A stretch of DNA of 64,000 nucleotides from an uncultured Actinomycetota bacterium (GTDB lineage Bacteria > Actinomycetota > Actinomycetes > JAHEKZ01): positions 999,300-1,063,299 of the forward strand of contig CAWKCE010000003.1 of the NCBI GenBank assembly GCA_963848085.1. The letters run 5' to 3'. Shown here in pieces: positions 61,312 through 64,000 of the stretch (position 1 is the first letter of the stretch; each line of letters starts with the position of its first letter). Under the pieces are notes generated by a model, which made no database searches, had not been told where the DNA came from, and was given only the letters and a program-made list of their open reading frames with translations. The translations under genes were made by a program, and so were the position numbers.

Positions 61312-62373
61312 GTGGCAGGACGAACCGCCATCGGTCTCGACATCGGGACATCGGGTGTGCGCGCCGCCGAACTTGTGTTCGGCAAGTCAGGCATCACCCT
61401 CGAGAAGTTCGGCCAGGTCGCGCTGCCCGCAGGCGCGGTCCGAGACGGCGAGGTCATCGACGTCGCCACTGTGGCCGAGGCGATCAAGCAGCTGTGGGCC
61501 CACACGAAGTTCAGCAGCAAGAAGGTCGTGGTCGGCGTCGCGAACCAGAAGGTCCTGGTCCGTGCAGTGTCGCTTCCCGCTGCCCCGCTGGACGAGATCA
61601 AAGAGACCCTCGCGTACCAGGTGACCGACCAGATTCCCATGGCCGTCGAGAACGCGCTGTTGGACTTCTACCCCCTCGACGAGGCCGAGGAGGGTGGGCG
61701 CCAGGTCGTGCGCGGCCTGCTCGTCGCGGCGGCTCGGGACATGGTCACCACCCAGCTGGCCGCTGTTCAGCAGGCCGGACTCACCCCGCACATGGTCGAC
61801 CTCACGGCGTTCGCCGTCCTCCGTTCGCTGGCGGACAACGACAGCCTGGGAATGGGCGCTCCGCTGGAGGCTCTGATCGACGTCGGGGCACGGGTGACCA
61901 ACATCGTGCTGCACCAAGGCGGGGTGCCTCGGTTCGTCCGCATCCTGCAGATGGGCGGACAGGACGTCACCGACGCGGTAGCCGACCGCACGGGCTCCTC
62001 CCAGGCTGAGGCCGAGGAGCTGAAGCGCGAGCTCGGGATGAGCGCGCACGGCGCTGATCCCGACCAGATGGCCGCCGGACGCGTGATGGAGGCCGCCGGC
62101 AAGGCGTTCGCCGAGCAGGTTCGCGGCTCGCTGGACTTCTACGCCGCCTCTCCGGGCGGCCAGCAGGTCGACCGCATCGTTCTCACCGGCGGCGGGTCAC
62201 GTCTCGGCGGTCTCGCCGAAGCCCTCCAGGAGGTGAACCGGGTGGAGGTCACCCGGGGACACGCCTTCTCGGACCTGACGCTGGGACGCACCGGGCTCAC
62301 CCCCGAGCAGGTGCAGTTCGTCGAGCCGGCCGCCTCCGTGCCGGTCGGCCTGGCTCTCGGAGGCGTGGCATGA
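61312..62373 (+). CDS. pilM: Type IV pilus assembly protein PilM (actin-like ATPase fold)
   Basis: IGLDIGTSGVRAAEL, GARVTNIVL and LTGGGSRLGGL motifs. 353 aa. Confidence 0.85.
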   Translation: MAGRTAIGLDIGTSGVRAAELVFGKSGITLEKFGQVALPAGAVRDGEVIDVATVAEAIKQLWAHTKFSSKKVVVGVANQKVLVRAVSLPAAPLDEIKETLAYQVTDQIPMAVENALLDFYPLDEAEEGGRQVVRGLLVAAARDMVTTQLAAVQQAGLTPHMVDLTAFAVLRSLADNDSLGMGAPLEALIDVGARVTNIVLHQGGVPRFVRILQMGGQDVTDAVADRTGSSQAEAEELKRELGMSAHGADPDQMAAGRVMEAAGKAFAEQVRGSLDFYAASPGGQQVDRIVLTGGGSRLGGLAEALQEVNRVEVTRGHAFSDLTLGRTGLTPEQVQFVEPAASVPVGLALGGVA

Positions 62374-63050
62374 CCACCTTGACCGTCGGGCGCGTCACCG
62401 AGCTGCCGCGGGTGAACCTGCTGCCGCCGGAGGTCGCCCAGGCATCCCAGTTCCGTCGCCTGCAGGTCATGCTGGGCGTGATCGTGCTGGGCGCGCTGGC
62501 AGCCATCGCGGCCTCCTACGTGTTCGTCAGCGGCCAGGTGACGTCGGCGCAGGCGGCGCTCGACGACGCCCAGGCGCAGAACGCGGCGCTGACGGCCGAG
62601 GCAGCGCAGTACGCCGACGTGCCGCGCGTCCAGGCCGAGCTCGCCAAGGCGCAGCTGGACCTCACCCGGGCGATGAGCCCGGAGGTTCGGTGGTCGTTCT
62701 ACCTGAACGACCTCAGCCTGACGATCCCGAACAACGTCCGGCTGACCAACATGGTCATCGTGCAGCCGGTGCCGACCAACCCCCTGGCCACCGACCTGCA
62801 GATCACCAGCCCGATGGGTACCCCAGGGATCGCCACGATCAACTTCGAGGGCAACGCGGCCAGCTACGACGCCGTCGCGTCCTGGCTGCGCTCCCTGGCC
62901 AAGCAGAAGGGCTACTCGGACCCGACGCTCACCACAGTGGCTGACGCGACCGTGTCCGGCCAGGTCGGCAAGGTCTACACGTTCTCGTCCTCGGTGACAG
63001 TCACCGACAAGGCGTACTCCGGTCGATACACCTCAACGGCGGGTGAGTGA
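62370..63050 (+). CDS. pilN: PilN-like pilus assembly protein
   Basis: LPRVNLLPPEV motif, a single TM, then a coiled-coil. ATGA overlap with pilM. Confidence 0.7.
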   Translation: MTTLTVGRVTELPRVNLLPPEVAQASQFRRLQVMLGVIVLGALAAIAASYVFVSGQVTSAQAALDDAQAQNAALTAEAAQYADVPRVQAELAKAQLDLTRAMSPEVRWSFYLNDLSLTIPNNVRLTNMVIVQPVPTNPLATDLQITSPMGTPGIATINFEGNAASYDAVASWLRSLAKQKGYSDPTLTTVADATVSGQVGKVYTFSSSVTVTDKAYSGRYTSTAGE

Positions 63051-63759
63051 CATGACAGAGACCCGTAAATGGTCTATCGGCACCGCGGTCATCGTCGTGC
63101 TGCTGCTCGTGGCGAGCTGGTTCCTGCTGATCGCCCCGCAGCGCAGCGAAGCGGCCGACCTCAACGCTCAGGCGGGCGTGGTGGTGGCGGACAACGAGCA
63201 GCTGACGGTGCAGATCGAGACTCTCAAGGCCCAGCAGAAGCAGCTGCCCAAGTGGCAGGCGCAGCTGGCCGCGATCCAAACCGCGCTCCCGGCGTCAGCG
63301 GCACTTCCGGGCCTGATCCGCGACCTGTCCAAGGCTGCGGACAAGGCCGGCGTGGAGCTGGTCTCCCTGGCGCCCGCATCCCCGACGACGCTGGGTGACC
63401 CGAATGCGGACCCGGCGGCAGCTGTCCCGGCTACGCCAGGTGGCACCCCTGTCCTGGTGCCGGGCGCACTTGCTGGGATCGACCTCCAGCTTGCCGTGTC
63501 GGGTGGCTACTTCGAGATCCAGCAGTTCGTCAACAACCTCGAGCGGCTGGACCGGGTGTTCCTGGACCTCGGGGTGGCCATCAGTGAGGACACCGCGGCA
63601 GCAGTCGACGGTGAGGACACCACCGGGTTGCTCACCGGCACGGTGACCGGTCGGGTGTTCCTCGTCCCTCCGGTTGACCTCACGCTGACGGCCGACCCGG
63701 CGGCAGCGACCACCACGACCACGACGACGGCGACCGGCACACAGCCGGCCGCCCAGTGA
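63043..63759 (+). CDS. pilO: PilO-like pilus assembly protein
   Basis: N-terminal TM, a coiled-coil (LTVQIETLKAQQKQLPKWQAQL), a C-terminal ferredoxin-like part (F.EIQQFVNNLERLDR), and a poly-Thr tail. Confidence 0.7.
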   Translation: MSDMTETRKWSIGTAVIVVLLLVASWFLLIAPQRSEAADLNAQAGVVVADNEQLTVQIETLKAQQKQLPKWQAQLAAIQTALPASAALPGLIRDLSKAADKAGVELVSLAPASPTTLGDPNADPAAAVPATPGGTPVLVPGALAGIDLQLAVSGGYFEIQQFVNNLERLDRVFLDLGVAISEDTAAAVDGEDTTGLLTGTVTGRVFLVPPVDLTLTADPAAATTTTTTTATGTQPAAQ

Positions 63760-63772
63760 GGGGGCTCCCACC

Positions 63773-64000
63773 ATGTCGGAGCTGATGCAGGCACCACCCG
63801 CGAGCGACCTTGACGGTCTCGAGGCGTCCGGTGAGTCGGGCCGTAGTTCGCGGCTGATCGCCCTTCTGGCGGTTGGAGCAGGCCTGGTGGTACTCGGTCT
63901 GGCCGCGTTCTTCCTGTTCTTCTCCGGCGGCGGAGACGAGCTGGCTGGAGCTGTTCCAGGCGCCCAGCCGTCCGCGTCGGCGGAGCCGGGCAAGCAGAAG
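63773..64000 (+). CDS. Hypothetical membrane protein, C-terminus beyond window edge
   Basis: Not in the ORF track because there is no stop in the window. ATG 63773 lies 13 nt after pilO, with GAGGGGG upstream. 76 open codons with one TM (LIALLAVGAGLVVLGLAAFFLFF). Confidence 0.45.
   Translation, partial: MSELMQAPPASDLDGLEASGESGRSSRLIALLAVGAGLVVLGLAAFFLFFSGGGDELAGAVPGAQPSASAEPGKQK

Overview
Very GC-rich chromosomal segment (third codon positions are almost always G/C) with the conserved core gene order of Actinomycetota. I did not identify the species. Bases 1-48.4 kb are housekeeping genes: chdC/hemQ (cut by the window edge), msrB, a stand-alone LigD-type primase-polymerase converging on a RibD_C-like/ATP-dependent DNA ligase operon, zapE, a DUF2252 protein, a tRNA Gly-Cys-Val cluster, a pabB/pabC-like pair, tRNA-Val(CAC), thrS-HIT, the pgsA1-patA-pimA phosphatidylinositol-mannoside genes, pdxS-pdxT, yebC-ruvCAB, yajC-secDF, rel, hisS-aspS, rarA and alaS-ruvX-mltG-aroE. 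Many neighbouring genes share 4-nt stop/start overlaps. Bases 48.4-64.0 kb are the interesting part. They hold a complete monoderm-type type IV pilus (T4P) locus: pilB, pilT, pilC, pilA, three minor-pilin-like genes, pilD and pilMNO, with no secretin. A three-gene putative G-protein module (Roadblock/LC7, DUF4388/PATAN, MglA/CvnD-like small GTPase, plus a small ORF) sits directly upstream. All six predicted transcription units of this locus are preceded by the same bipartite motif, T(C/T)AAG-N15-G(C/T)CGA(A/T). This closely resembles the sigma-28 (FliA/WhiG) promoter consensus. I saw no CRISPR array, integrase or transposase. The many long ORFs antisense to clear homologs are GC-driven artefacts. 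All functional calls come from reading the translated ORFs against remembered family signatures. No database search was run.
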